From assembly GCA_044892525.1 (NCBI GenBank), contig CM097885.1, positions 31,250,001 to 31,314,000 on the forward strand: 64,000 nucleotides of DNA. Direction: 5' to 3'. Within the stretch, counting starts at the first letter, position 1, and the number at the start of each line of letters is the position of its first letter. The notes under the pieces are model-generated. The model made no database searches, was not told the origin of the DNA, and was given only the letters and a program-made list of their open reading frames with translations. Positions 12,011 to 22,660 of the stretch are shown here, one piece after another. Both the position numbers and the translations under genes were made by a program. The DNA is from Schmidtea polychroa. Lineage: Eukaryota.

Positions 12011-12475
12011 TTAATTAAGTGATAATAAAAAATCTAAAAATTCTTTTCCTTCAATTATTGATTTAATTTCAGATATGATATTATCAACTATACTTTTGTA
12101 TTCAATATTTTTTATTCCAAGAATTACTATCTTACCGCTAGCGAATATATTTACACACATAGGGTTATATTTTATATATCTCAAAGCTGGAAATAATTCT
12201 GGTTCATAAAAGCATGGTATTAATTTAGCTAATTTATTTAAATTACAAGAAAAACCTATATCGGAAGTTACGGTTATCGATTGTATTTCTAAATCATAAA
12301 CATTATATTCACTAGCTTTGATTATTTCCTTACACCCCATAATTCTACATTTACCAGTTTTGAAATATATTATTGGATATTTATTACTTCTATTGATAAG
12401 TTGTTGTGGTTTCCCTATTGGAAATACCATTTTTGATACATCAGTTTTTGCCCTGTAATTTATATTTGAAAGCAT
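12011..12475 (-). CDS. Virus-encoded TATA-binding protein (TBP)-like protein, core domain only
   Basis: Two TBP repeats: LSNINY...IIYFKTGKCRIMGCK and EIQSITVTSDIGFSCNLNKLA...FYEPELFPALRY...VNIFASGKIVILGIK (canonical TBP has YEPELFPGLIYR and LLIFVSGKVVLTGAK). Confidence 0.9.
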   Translation of the reverse strand: MLSNINYRAKTDVSKMVFPIGKPQQLINRSNKYPIIYFKTGKCRIMGCKEIIKASEYNVYDLEIQSITVTSDIGFSCNLNKLAKLIPCFYEPELFPALRYIKYNPMCVNIFASGKIVILGIKNIEYKSIVDNIISEIKSIIEGKEFLDFLLSLN

Positions 12476-12579
12476 TTTAATGAAATAATTTTAAAAACTT
12501 TGATATATATAGGTATTTAAAAACAGAGTTCATTTAAATTATCAATATAAACAATAATTATATAGTTTAAATTTAAAAA

Positions 12580-13218
12580 ATGGAATTACGAAATGATGCA
12601 GTATACCAAATCGTTGGTCCAAGTGGTAGCGGGAAAACTTTATTTGTTTGTAAATTACTAAAATCAAATTTGTTTAAAACAAAATTCAACAATATTTATT
12701 GGCATAGGGGCGCCGACGAAGAACACGGATTGACGCAATCAAGTTTCTGTCAGTTGAAAAACATGAAAATAGTAAAGGGCTTTGATAAAAACTGGTCAAG
12801 TCGTTTGAAGAAAGATGATGTCATCATTATCGATGATTTGTATCAAGAAGCCAATAAAGAAAAGGACTTTAATAATTTATTCACAAAAATCAGCAGACAT
12901 GTTGGTGTAACAGTTATTTTCATAACACAAAATCTATTTCATCAAGGTGGTGCACATCGAACACGTAATTTAAATGTACAATATTTAGTTATTTTCAAGA
13001 ATCCTAGAGATGCAACTGTCATTGATTTTCTTGGACGACAAGCATACCCTAATAACCGTAATTTTCTTATCAGTGCATTTCAAGATGCCACGAAAATACC
13101 GCATGGGTATATATTTCTCGATTTCACACAACAATGCCCTGATGATATACGGGTAAAAACAGATATTTTCAACCCAAAAGGTGCCATGGTATATAAACAA
13201 AGTTCAAAACAAAGTTGA
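12580..13218 (+). CDS. FtsK-HerA/A32-like genome packaging ATPase
   Basis: Walker A GPSGSGKT, Walker B IIIDD, ITQNLF and YLVIFKNPRD motifs typical of Polinton ATPases. Confidence 0.95.
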   Translation: MELRNDAVYQIVGPSGSGKTLFVCKLLKSNLFKTKFNNIYWHRGADEEHGLTQSSFCQLKNMKIVKGFDKNWSSRLKKDDVIIIDDLYQEANKEKDFNNLFTKISRHVGVTVIFITQNLFHQGGAHRTRNLNVQYLVIFKNPRDATVIDFLGRQAYPNNRNFLISAFQDATKIPHGYIFLDFTQQCPDDIRVKTDIFNPKGAMVYKQSSKQS

Positions 13219-13231
13219 AAACATATAAATC

Positions 13232-13726
13232 ATGTTTTCAAAAACAAGGATATCGGGTAAAAAACAACCAAAAGTTCCACCAACAACTAGTTATACTCCA
13301 TCTAAAGATCTTATTACAGAAAATTTTCCTGCAATGAATCTTATTTCGAAAAATCCTAAACCTAAACCAAAAAGTAAAACCACAAAGAAAGTAAAAGTTG
13401 TTAAAAATCATCGGAGTTTCCCGTTTTTCAATACATTGTTAAAGGCACCAAGTATGAAAAGAAACAGTATTTTGCAATCATTTCCAAATTATGTTGTCGA
13501 TGATTTACTCGATATTATACTTAAAGTAGTCAAAGGCAAGATTAAAATCAGTAAATCTAAAAAGCAATTATTGAGTAAACATAGGAAACCTTTGCTATCA
13601 TTAGTAAATAATAAAAATCGTCAACAAATGAGAAAAATTATATATAAACAACAAGGGGGATTTATCGGTGCATTGATACCTTTAGCAATATCATTATTAG
13701 GTGGAATAATAGGAAGTCGATCATAA
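13232..13726 (+). CDS. Basic Polinton protein with an adenovirus pX-like hydrophobic C-terminus
   Basis: Lys-rich body; ends QQGG|FIGALIPLAISLLGGII, resembling the adenoviral pX GG|xLPxLIPxI cleavage and hydrophobic tail. Confidence 0.8.
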   Translation: MFSKTRISGKKQPKVPPTTSYTPSKDLITENFPAMNLISKNPKPKPKSKTTKKVKVVKNHRSFPFFNTLLKAPSMKRNSILQSFPNYVVDDLLDIILKVVKGKIKISKSKKQLLSKHRKPLLSLVNNKNRQQMRKIIYKQQGGFIGALIPLAISLLGGIIGSRS

Positions 13727-13729
13727 ACA

Positions 13730-13957
13730 ATGGGTGCTAATCCTTCATTACCAGACATTAAATTTAATATTAAATCTTCTTGTTGTAATGGAGAAGATTT
13801 GGACGAACCCGGAAGACGAAGCCGGTTTTGGTGGAGTGGCAAAATTAAGGAAAAGAGTTCCGAATTCGAAAAAGGAAACACAGAAGTGGTTATCAGACCA
13901 GCTTGCGTACAGTTTGAACAAACCAATGCGGAAACGATTCCCAACAAGAGCATATAA
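13730..13957 (+). CDS. Small, putatively N-myristoylated protein overprinting the integrase 5' end
   Basis: ATG lies 3 nt after the previous stop in AAACAATGG context; MGANPS fits MGxxxS; SSCC could be acylated. Confidence 0.5.
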   Translation: MGANPSLPDIKFNIKSSCCNGEDLDEPGRRSRFWWSGKIKEKSSEFEKGNTEVVIRPACVQFEQTNAETIPNKSI

Positions 13958-14843
13958 AACATATGGAATAAATGATTTATGGCAAATGGATTTGATGGAG
14001 ATGATACCCTATTCGAAAATTAACAATGGGTATAAATATATTTTAACATGTATTGATGTATTCAGTCGGTTTGCCCGAGCAATACCCGTCAAGGCAAAAT
14101 CTGCAGATGAAATGTCCAAAGCTGTTAATCATTTATTTAAAGACGGACATCCTAAAAACTTGCAAACTGATTTAGGTATTAATATTATTATTTTTATTAT
14201 TATTATTATTATTTTAGGTAAAGAATTCTACAACAGTAAAGTCAAGCAAATCCTCATTAAATTGAAAATAAACCATTACTCAGTACATTCTCAATACAAA
14301 GCTGCTCATGTTGAAAGATTTAACCGAACTTTGAGAGATAGATTAAAGAAATTATTCGTGCATCAAGGTAATAAAAAATGGGTATTGGTTTTACCAAAAA
14401 TAATAACCAGTTATAATCACTCATCACATCAAGGACTGAATGGATTAAGGCCGATTGATATCACGTCAAAAACAATCTATTCTAAAAAACCTGAAAAAAT
14501 TACAAAACCGAAATATAAAGTAGGTGACCATGTTAGAATTAGTAAAATTAGTGCATCACCATTTATTAAAAATTTCGATACAAATTGGAGTGATGAAGTC
14601 TTTGTAATTTCAAAAATAAATACTAAACAGAATCCTGTAATGTATGTCATCAAAGATAATGATAACAATATTGTACAAGGAAAATTTTATGAGCAGGAAT
14701 TACAAGTTATTCCTCCCCCAAAAGTATTTAGAATTCAGAAGATTTTGAAAACTAAAAATAAAGGCAAGGATAAACAATACTATGTCAAATGGCATGGTTA
14801 TCAAAACCCATCATGGATATCAGAAAAGGATCTAGTAAAGTGA
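13788..14843 (+). CDS. Polinton RVE (DDE) integrase with C-terminal chromodomain-like region; 42-bp intron at 14176-14217
   Basis: LWQMDL, CIDVFSRF, QTDLG|KEF after removing GTATT...TTTAG, AAHVERFNRTL, YKVGDHVRIS, NWSDEVF, YYVKWHGY; likely start MEKIWTNP at 13788. Confidence 0.95.
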   Translation: MEKIWTNPEDEAGFGGVAKLRKRVPNSKKETQKWLSDQLAYSLNKPMRKRFPTRAYKTYGINDLWQMDLMEMIPYSKINNGYKYILTCIDVFSRFARAIPVKAKSADEMSKAVNHLFKDGHPKNLQTDLGINIIIFIIIIIILGKEFYNSKVKQILIKLKINHYSVHSQYKAAHVERFNRTLRDRLKKLFVHQGNKKWVLVLPKIITSYNHSSHQGLNGLRPIDITSKTIYSKKPEKITKPKYKVGDHVRISKISASPFIKNFDTNWSDEVFVISKINTKQNPVMYVIKDNDNNIVQGKFYEQELQVIPPPKVFRIQKILKTKNKGKDKQYYVKWHGYQNPSWISEKDLVK

Positions 14844-15856
14844 ATTTTTATACTATTTTACCAAGCAATAGTTGCCCGCTTATTCATCCAGATAATCAAG
14901 CCAGTAAATTCATGGTCAATCTCCAGAATCCGATTTCTTTAAATGGGGACTGGGAAGTTGCACTGCAAGATTTTACATTCGTGTACAATACATTCCCATT
15001 TTATAGTCAATGTAAGATTGATTTCAAAAGGAATGCTATGAAAACATGTAGTGGTATCTTTATTATCAGTAATTATGATAAAACATATCATATTCCGAAT
15101 CAAATATTAGATCAGCACTGCTCTATGTTTTACAAGGATGGATTAAATATCAGTTGTGATTTTAAACCATTTACAATAACATTCGAATATATTGAAGATG
15201 CCAGACGAATGGGTTGCAATAAGTTGAAAAATGAAGTTATGGAAACAGAATATTTATTACGCTTTGATCTATTTGAAGCAAACAGTGTAATGAGAGAAGA
15301 AATCAAAATATCAGTGTCGTATAATAATGAAGTTGAAGAATCATTCACCTTCGCTGACGAATTATATATTGATAAACTTGATGTGTTACTTAAATATTTA
15401 AAGTATAATTGTTCACACATATTTAAAAGTTTGGACATTGTGAAAGATTTGTTATTTACCTTCAGTTTGAATGATGACATTTGCGAAGTTACATTTGATA
15501 AAAATTTGACAAATACACTTGGATTAGAGAAGCAGCAATATCGGGAAAAATCGGCTGGTATACGTAAACCAAGAATACTTGAACATCATCAACAAATGTT
15601 CATATATACTAATATTATTGAGCCTATAATAGTTGGTGATTCCAGTGTTCCTCTATTGAAATCGGTGTGGATTGGAAAATATGAACATGATGAAGTTGTC
15701 AATATAAATATAGATAATCCCATGTATTTACCAATTTCAAGCTCATGTATAAACAATATAGAAATAAATATTCGTGACGATAGTGGAAAACTTATAAACT
15801 TCCCAAAAGACTCAAAAACTCATTTGACACTACATTTTCGTAAAGTAGATGGCTAA
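14813..15856 (+). CDS. Minor capsid protein (penton)
   Basis: FYTILPSNS..PDN..F...L..PISL.GDWEVAL N-terminus; MFIYTNIIEPIIVGD..VPLL...YLPI...IEINIRD..G...LTLHFRK C-terminus. Start is 14789 or 14813. Confidence 0.88.
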   Translation: MDIRKGSSKVNFYTILPSNSCPLIHPDNQASKFMVNLQNPISLNGDWEVALQDFTFVYNTFPFYSQCKIDFKRNAMKTCSGIFIISNYDKTYHIPNQILDQHCSMFYKDGLNISCDFKPFTITFEYIEDARRMGCNKLKNEVMETEYLLRFDLFEANSVMREEIKISVSYNNEVEESFTFADELYIDKLDVLLKYLKYNCSHIFKSLDIVKDLLFTFSLNDDICEVTFDKNLTNTLGLEKQQYREKSAGIRKPRILEHHQQMFIYTNIIEPIIVGDSSVPLLKSVWIGKYEHDEVVNINIDNPMYLPISSSCINNIEINIRDDSGKLINFPKDSKTHLTLHFRKVDG

Positions 15857-16211
15857 TTCCGATATTATTAGTATGTATAGTGATAGCCAATCTGGTGGTG
15901 AATTACCATATTTTATTGGTAAACAGTATGGATCAGGTTGGTTAAAAACAATAGGGAGATTTGCACTTCCCATTCTTAAACGTATTGGTAGTTTTGGCAT
16001 GAAAACTGCTAAAGATGTGATTATGAATGAACAGAAAATATTACCATCCCTAAAAACAAATGCTTTAGCGGAGTTAGGGAAGGTTCTACCTGGAGTTGCT
16101 GGTATGTTTCAAAAAGATACGCCTCCAGCCCCAGCTCCAAAACGTAAAGGGCATGGAATATCGCGTATAAACAAACGAATGAAAGGACATGGAACTATAT
16201 TTGCAAAATGA
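15849..16211 (+). CDS. Small basic Polinton core-like protein
   Basis: QSGGELPYFIGKQYGSG..IGRFALPILK pattern and basic tail with GxG motifs; lies between the minor and major capsid genes with overlapping start/stop codons. Confidence 0.8.
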   Translation: MANSDIISMYSDSQSGGELPYFIGKQYGSGWLKTIGRFALPILKRIGSFGMKTAKDVIMNEQKILPSLKTNALAELGKVLPGVAGMFQKDTPPAPAPKRKGHGISRINKRMKGHGTIFAK

Positions 16212-17431
16212 TTTGTGGTAAATCCGAATTATGTATATTTGATAGACCATCGCCCCAGGCTGTAATAGAATTTGGTGCCTTTGAGGAAGTTTTTCCTATG
16301 AATTCAATTACTGATAGTAGAAATGATATCGAGTTTTATATTAATGGTTCGCAAACTGAATATTTAGATTTGAACGATACTTTATTGACTGTTCAGATCA
16401 AGGTTGTAGATAAAGATAGAAAGGTTTTGGATGCCAATGCGGATGTATTACCAAACAATTTCATGTTTCATACTCTGTTTAAAGATGCAGTGTTGGGATT
16501 TAATAATATCAAGATTGAGGGTGGAAATAATACATTCATTCACAAGGCTTTGATAGAAACTATTTTAAATTACAATTCAGATACTAAAAATACCTGTCTT
16601 ACACCTATGGGTTATGCAGCAGCAGATGATGAAAGAAAAAAGTGGGTTAAAGGCTCAAAAGTATTCACTATGTGCTCATCATTACAACTTGATTTTATGG
16701 ATCAACCGAAATATTTACTACCGGGAGTTAATATACATATTAGACTGAAAAGATCTGATTCTGCATTGTCTCTTACTAGTGCAACTGGTGCACCAATATG
16801 TCAATTAGTTGATGCAAAATTATTGGTGAGAAGAGTTCGAGTAGACCCGTCAGTATTAGCTGGTCATCAATTGGGGCTTAATTCAAAACATGCAATTTAT
16901 CCTTTAAAAACAAAGGAAATTGTACAATTTGCTATTGCTAAAGGTGCTTCATCATTCTATAAAGAACAAATATTTGGTGACAGAAGAATGCCTAATTTTA
17001 TTCTGGTAACATTTCAAAGTGAAACGCAATATAATGGATCGTATACTGCTTCCAGCTCAATTTTCAAAAATTTTGGTGTTACTTCATTGACTTTATCGAA
17101 AAATACTGATTATAGAGAAACATATACTCAAGATTTCGAGAATGATAATTACTGTGCGACATATATGCAGAGTATTGTTAGAAATCTAGGTTATTTAGAT
17201 AAAAACTTGAATTGTGGAATAACTCTTGAAGAATTTAAAAGCAAATACCCATTTTTCACATTTGTTCTAGCTCCCGATTTTGATTTAAATCAGAGTCAAT
17301 TACCACAAAACGGGAATTTACGACTGGATATAAAGTTTGCAAAGGCCATTACTGAACCAGTACATGTTATAATATATGGAGTATTTGAAAATGAAGTTCA
17401 AATTACTGCAAATAGAACCGTGCTAGTATAA
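16208..17431 (+). CDS. Major capsid protein (double jelly-roll, Polinton PY type)
   Basis: CGKSELCIF..P..Q, IEFYI.G..TEYLDLNDTLL, PNNFMFHTLF, QPKYLLPGV, HAIYP, GNLRLDIKFA, VIIYGVFENEVQITANR. Confidence 0.92.
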   Translation: MICGKSELCIFDRPSPQAVIEFGAFEEVFPMNSITDSRNDIEFYINGSQTEYLDLNDTLLTVQIKVVDKDRKVLDANADVLPNNFMFHTLFKDAVLGFNNIKIEGGNNTFIHKALIETILNYNSDTKNTCLTPMGYAAADDERKKWVKGSKVFTMCSSLQLDFMDQPKYLLPGVNIHIRLKRSDSALSLTSATGAPICQLVDAKLLVRRVRVDPSVLAGHQLGLNSKHAIYPLKTKEIVQFAIAKGASSFYKEQIFGDRRMPNFILVTFQSETQYNGSYTASSSIFKNFGVTSLTLSKNTDYRETYTQDFENDNYCATYMQSIVRNLGYLDKNLNCGITLEEFKSKYPFFTFVLAPDFDLNQSQLPQNGNLRLDIKFAKAITEPVHVIIYGVFENEVQITANRTVLV

Positions 17432-17459
17432 ATGTATACAGAAACACCAAAAAGTTGTC

Positions 17460-17843
17460 ATGGAGTAAGTTTTTCAATACTGTTTAATTTATTAAAGTAG
17501 TTCTGTTCAGGTCAATAGAATTGGAAAACAGATATTGGGAAATGAATTTGTAGGAGTTTTTCCTCTCGATAAAATCCCATATTTGAGCAATAATCAAGCC
17601 ATAATCGTCAATACTCAATCGTCTCATCTTGGTGGAGAACATTGGATTGCTATATATGTGAAACCTAGTAATATATTCGTGTTCGATCCTATGGGTTTCT
17701 ATTACCCTGCTTTGTTGGTATCAAAACTACAAACAATGGGGAAACCTATTGTATATAATAAAACAATGTTTCAAAATCCCTTGACACAAACATGCGGTCA
17801 ACATTGTTTAGCTTGGTTGTTGTATAAAAAATTTGATGATTAA
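17460..17843 (+). CDS. Adenain-like capsid maturation cysteine protease (spliced)
   Basis: FVGVFPLD, IVNT, GEHWIAI (His), FDPMG (Asp), FQ...TCGQHC (Gln/Cys). Donor GTAAGT at 17465; the acceptor at 17500 gives MDSVQVNRIGK from ATG 17460, while ATG 17432 with the acceptor at 17510 is also in frame. Confidence 0.92.
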
Positions 17844-17873
17844 TAAATGTATTTTGTATCCTTTGTTGTTGTT

Positions 17874-17904
<31 letters not shown>

Positions 17905-20900
17905 TTTTATTATTATTATTATTATTATTTGTGATTTTGAAAGATATATCACGTTATAATTGCTATATAATTAGCTGAATCGATGAAGAATTATGATCAA
18001 TCAATATATTTCATCTCTAGTTAGGTATTTGATGATACATGTGGTTAAATATTGATTTTAGTGAATTTTGATCTTTTAGTGGACTCTTTGAATTTAGATA
18101 CTAAATTATTTCAATGGACGGATGTCTGTAACAAATAAATAAAATTCATATTTTGAAGAATTTTCTATGGATTTTAAGAGAATTGATATATTAAAGGTCT
18201 GATATATTATAGCCGGTTGGAATTAGTGAAGGTTCAGTTAAAATGGTAATATATGATTTTTAAGGGGTGTTTAAAATGATAGAAATATTTGGTGAGGAAT
18301 CGGTTATGGTGGAAATGTTTGAAATCTCTATTTAAATCGACAATGTTCTTATTGGTAAAATTTTAAAGGGAAATAGTCAGTATTTAGCTATGAATTAATA
18401 ATAGTTCCTGTGAAATTATATCGTTTTAGAGGTTTATTAGGTTGTGATGAATGTTATTGCACAGTAATTTAGATTTATGTTTTAGAACCAGTTTTTTATT
18501 AATTATCCATTGTTTTATTAAGTCGTTTAGGGTTAATGATCAATTTACTTGGTTTTCACAATGAAATATTTGAAATCTTTAGAATTAATTGGGATTGATA
18601 TCAAAGGTTATTGCTTTAAATTATTTTACTTAAGAAGTTATTTTATTCATTGTGGGGACATCAGTGACAAAACTTGAGAAATATTGACTTAAAAGTTGGA
18701 AATCGACAACGGCTAAAGAAAATTGATCTTTATTGAAGGAATTTTATGATTTTAATTAGAAATTAAATCGGTTGAATATTAAAGGTAAAATCTATTGAAG
18801 GAATATTATTATCGGATGGATAAATGATATTTTGCTAAATTACCTTTGCTAAATATTATTTTAAATGACTAAAAATAACAAAATTAACCAATATTCATAA
18901 ATTTATCGCACAAAATATCCATGTTTTGGTTACTCAAACATCTTAAATTTCTCGCAAAGATATATTACGTCTAATGATCATCTAATTAAATTAGAAAATA
19001 ATTGTTACTTTATATTTCTAACTAATAAGCCCCTTAATTGGATAAATGATAACCATATTTCTATTATGACTCCTTTAAATATTTTTGCCTCAAACAAATT
19101 TACTCCAAATGATAAAGAATTTAAAATTATCAATGAATAATGACCATGTTTTTCTCATATTATTAACTATTGTAACGAACATTAGATGAATAAATTAATT
19201 TTTGCTTTAAATGACTACAAAGTTAACCAATAAATTAGTCGCTCGACATAAGTGTAAAGTTACATTTAAAATATTCACGAATTTCTGATCATCTCACTAA
19301 ATTACCTAAGAATTTCTAAATGATTAATATAGCCTTGCGACATGTTGAATGTGACCAGTACCCTTGCTAGCAATACCCATAGGGGGACAGAATATTTTGT
19401 CGGATAAACTAGGAGTATATGGTCTTTATTGATATATCAAAATACTGTTATTTATAAATCAACTAAAAATACTCAAAAATACTATATTATTTTACTGAAT
19501 GATACCTTAAATGTTTTTAATATACATATTTCTAAAATAAATCAACAGTTCAAACCAACAACATGTATGGATGACCACCCATTGTTAATTTATTCCCAGT
19601 GTCACGTCCCTCAAAAATACCGTGAGTGTTTTAACAAAACTGAGCTCAAAGAAACTTTCCAGATAACAACTCACCTGAATGTTTTGAACAAAAATGAGCG
19701 AAATTGAGAACAAACGATTAGATGGCGATTAACTTCTGGCCACAACCCTAACAACATGAAAATTAAGATTTTAATTATTGAATTCGTTGTTTACTGCCTG
19801 GAAATACTAACAGAATATTTTTTAATTCAAAGAATCTTCATTATAAATTTTGAATTTAAAAAATTAAATGAAGGATATATAAGTGTACATAAAATTATAA
19901 TATTATATAAAATTATACTATATAATAATGTTAATGTTTAAATATGCTTAAATAACTAAATTGTTTAAATATTTTTAAATAACTAAATTAAATTATTTAA
20001 ATTTAAATTATTTAAATATACTTTTGATATAACTTTATTTCTTTCGTTTTAGTATCCATAAAGTAAGTAAATAAAGAATTTACTACAATATTTTAATTAT
20101 TTTACTTAGTAATGAAGAAAATGAATTATATGATTATGAAGAAGATGAACCAGATAAAATGGTGAAACACTAAATGACTTATGTTCTGGATTTAGAAATT
20201 TCTTATTAAAACATGAATTATAGAAAAAAATGAACCAGACAAAATGGTGAAACATTGCTATGTTCCGGATTTCTTAAATGAATTAGCTGATTGTGGGTGT
20301 CCTTCAACATGAATTATCAGACTTAAATTATGTAAACTTTCAACGATTGTCAAGAAAAATGGGAAAAACCGATGTTTTAGCAATTAGATATTGTAAAGTA
20401 CTACCTGAAGAATATTATTATTAATGTAAGACATGAATTAATTCTTTAAAATATATATATTATATTTAGGTATCTGTGTTTTATGGTGGGAAATGACATT
20501 GAAAAAGTATACCACAAATAACAGTTGCCTAATTTATCAAGCCTGTGACGATAAAATGCTAGATAATGTAAGTTAATTGCTTTTAAATCAATATAAATTT
20601 TAGCAATGATAGTTGACGCCGCATCAGAAACTAAGAAATACGTCCAATTTGCAAGATGTATTCCATGAAATCACTATCAAATGGCCTGATGGAGAGATTA
20701 ATTTTGAGATAGATTACCAACAGAAGAGCGAGAAAAATTTGTAAATTAAATATAATAGGGTTGGGTGGGTCCTCTTTATCCCTTAATTAATATATATTTA
20801 CAAGCTGATCGTCGTGGTGGGCGGTTGTAATCCAACTAGTGGGAGGCCTCTGTAAATATATATTTGTGTTAGTGAAAACATTAATTAATTTGGTTATAGT

Positions 20901-21459
20901 GCCAATGACGCATGTATTTTGAAATTATACGTTTCGAATGTGCTGGTAGTTGACTACCCATGCTAGGCGTAATGTTCCGTACGGAAAACTATAATGCCCA
21001 GGTTCTTCTGACCCCACTTGGGGGAGGCACAGACGACCCTTGTGGACGCGAACAAATATCCACCGTGTCTTTCAGGCACAGATATTTGGTCACTGCTCAT
21101 TAGGCCTGGCAATACTAAATGCATACACTTTGCCTTGTCCTCTCTTGTCTTTATTTTTATCGTTTAAATAGTGTGTGTGATAAGTTTTATTTACTAACCC
21201 TAATTAATATACCCTTGCGATATGTTGAATGTGAGTAGTACCCTTGCTACCATTACCCATAGGGGGACAGAATATCTTGTCGGATAGACTAGGAGTATAT
21301 ACACCCATGTTAAACAAGGTATGTGTATATAGAATGTATGTGTAAAATTATCGCTCCTTATTGAAAATTTCATGTAAAGGCAAACACAGAATACTGCAAA
21401 CATATAATAATACTCTACCCCATAACTTAGTGTGTAAAAATTATTTAAGGTTTTTTCAC

Positions 21460-21526
<67 letters not shown>

Positions 21527-22051
21527 GTTTAATGGGTTGTATATGTGTGTAAAAAATATTTGAGGTTTTCACGAATATTGATAATAATAATGGTTTATGA
21601 GTGTTTTTATGTTTTTGACTAATATTTGCAATAATAATAATGGTTAATGGGTTGTGTGTGTGTGTGTGTAGAAAATATTTTAGGTTTTCACTAATATTGA
21701 TAATAATAATTGTTAGTGGGTTGTGTGAGTGTAAATAATATTTTAGGTTTTTGACTAATATTTGCAATAATAATAATAATAATAATAAGTTTAATGAGTT
21801 GTATGTGTGTGTGTAAAAATATTTTAGGTTTTTAATATTGATAATAATAATAATAATGGTTAATGGGTTGTGTGTGTGTGTAAAAAATATTTTAGGTTTT
21901 CACTAATAATGATAATAATAATGGTTAATGAGTTGTGTGTGTGTGTAGAAAATATTTTAGGTTTTTAATATTGATAATAATAATAATGGTTGAGGGGTTG
22001 TGTGTGTGTGTGTGTAAAAAAAAAAAATATTTTAGGTTTTCACTAATAATG

Positions 22052-22104
<53 letters not shown>

Positions 22105-22105
22105 T
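21460..22105 (+). repeat. Degenerate ~60-bp tandem array inside the Polinton
   Basis: Recurring (AAT)n-GGTTAATGGGTTG(TG)n-TAAAAAATATTTTAGGTTTTCACT units, about 9 copies. Confidence 0.85.
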
Positions 22106-22350
22106 CCCGCGCGTGTTAATATCATTCCCAATAATAATGATGATAATAATTTTTATATATCAGTAGATAGATCTCGCACTGGGCCTTAAAATGAGCTATA
22201 GATCAATAAAATCTGTTGGTGGGAACAATAATTTTTGGGATGAAAAAAAGTAGGTCCCCGCTGGATCACTTAATAATATTTTGAAAAATAATAATAATTT
22301 ATGTGTCATCGTATGAGTCATCGAATGAGTCATCGTTCTAAAAATACATG

Positions 22351-22407
<57 letters not shown>

Positions 22408-22600
22408 TTCTTGGGAGTTGTAATAATAATTCTTTGAAAATATCTTAGTCATTATTAATAATACTAATAATACCCTAGCGAGTTGTTGATTGTGAGCAGT
22501 ACCCTGGTGACTTGTTGAATGTGAGTAGTACATTTGTGTGCAGTACCCATAGGGAGACAGAATATCTTGTCGGATAGACTATGAGTATATAATAATTATA

Positions 22601-22602
22601 AT

Positions 22603-22660
<58 letters not shown>

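Noticed and set aside
13621..15480. Antisense ORFs over Polinton genes (13621-13962, 14477-14668, 15130-15480)
   Set aside because: Shadow frames of well-supported + strand genes with no motifs of their own.
17850..22600. Possible decayed pPolB
   Set aside because: No PolB exonuclease or polymerase motifs recognised by eye in the frames inspected; an HMM search is needed to exclude it fully.
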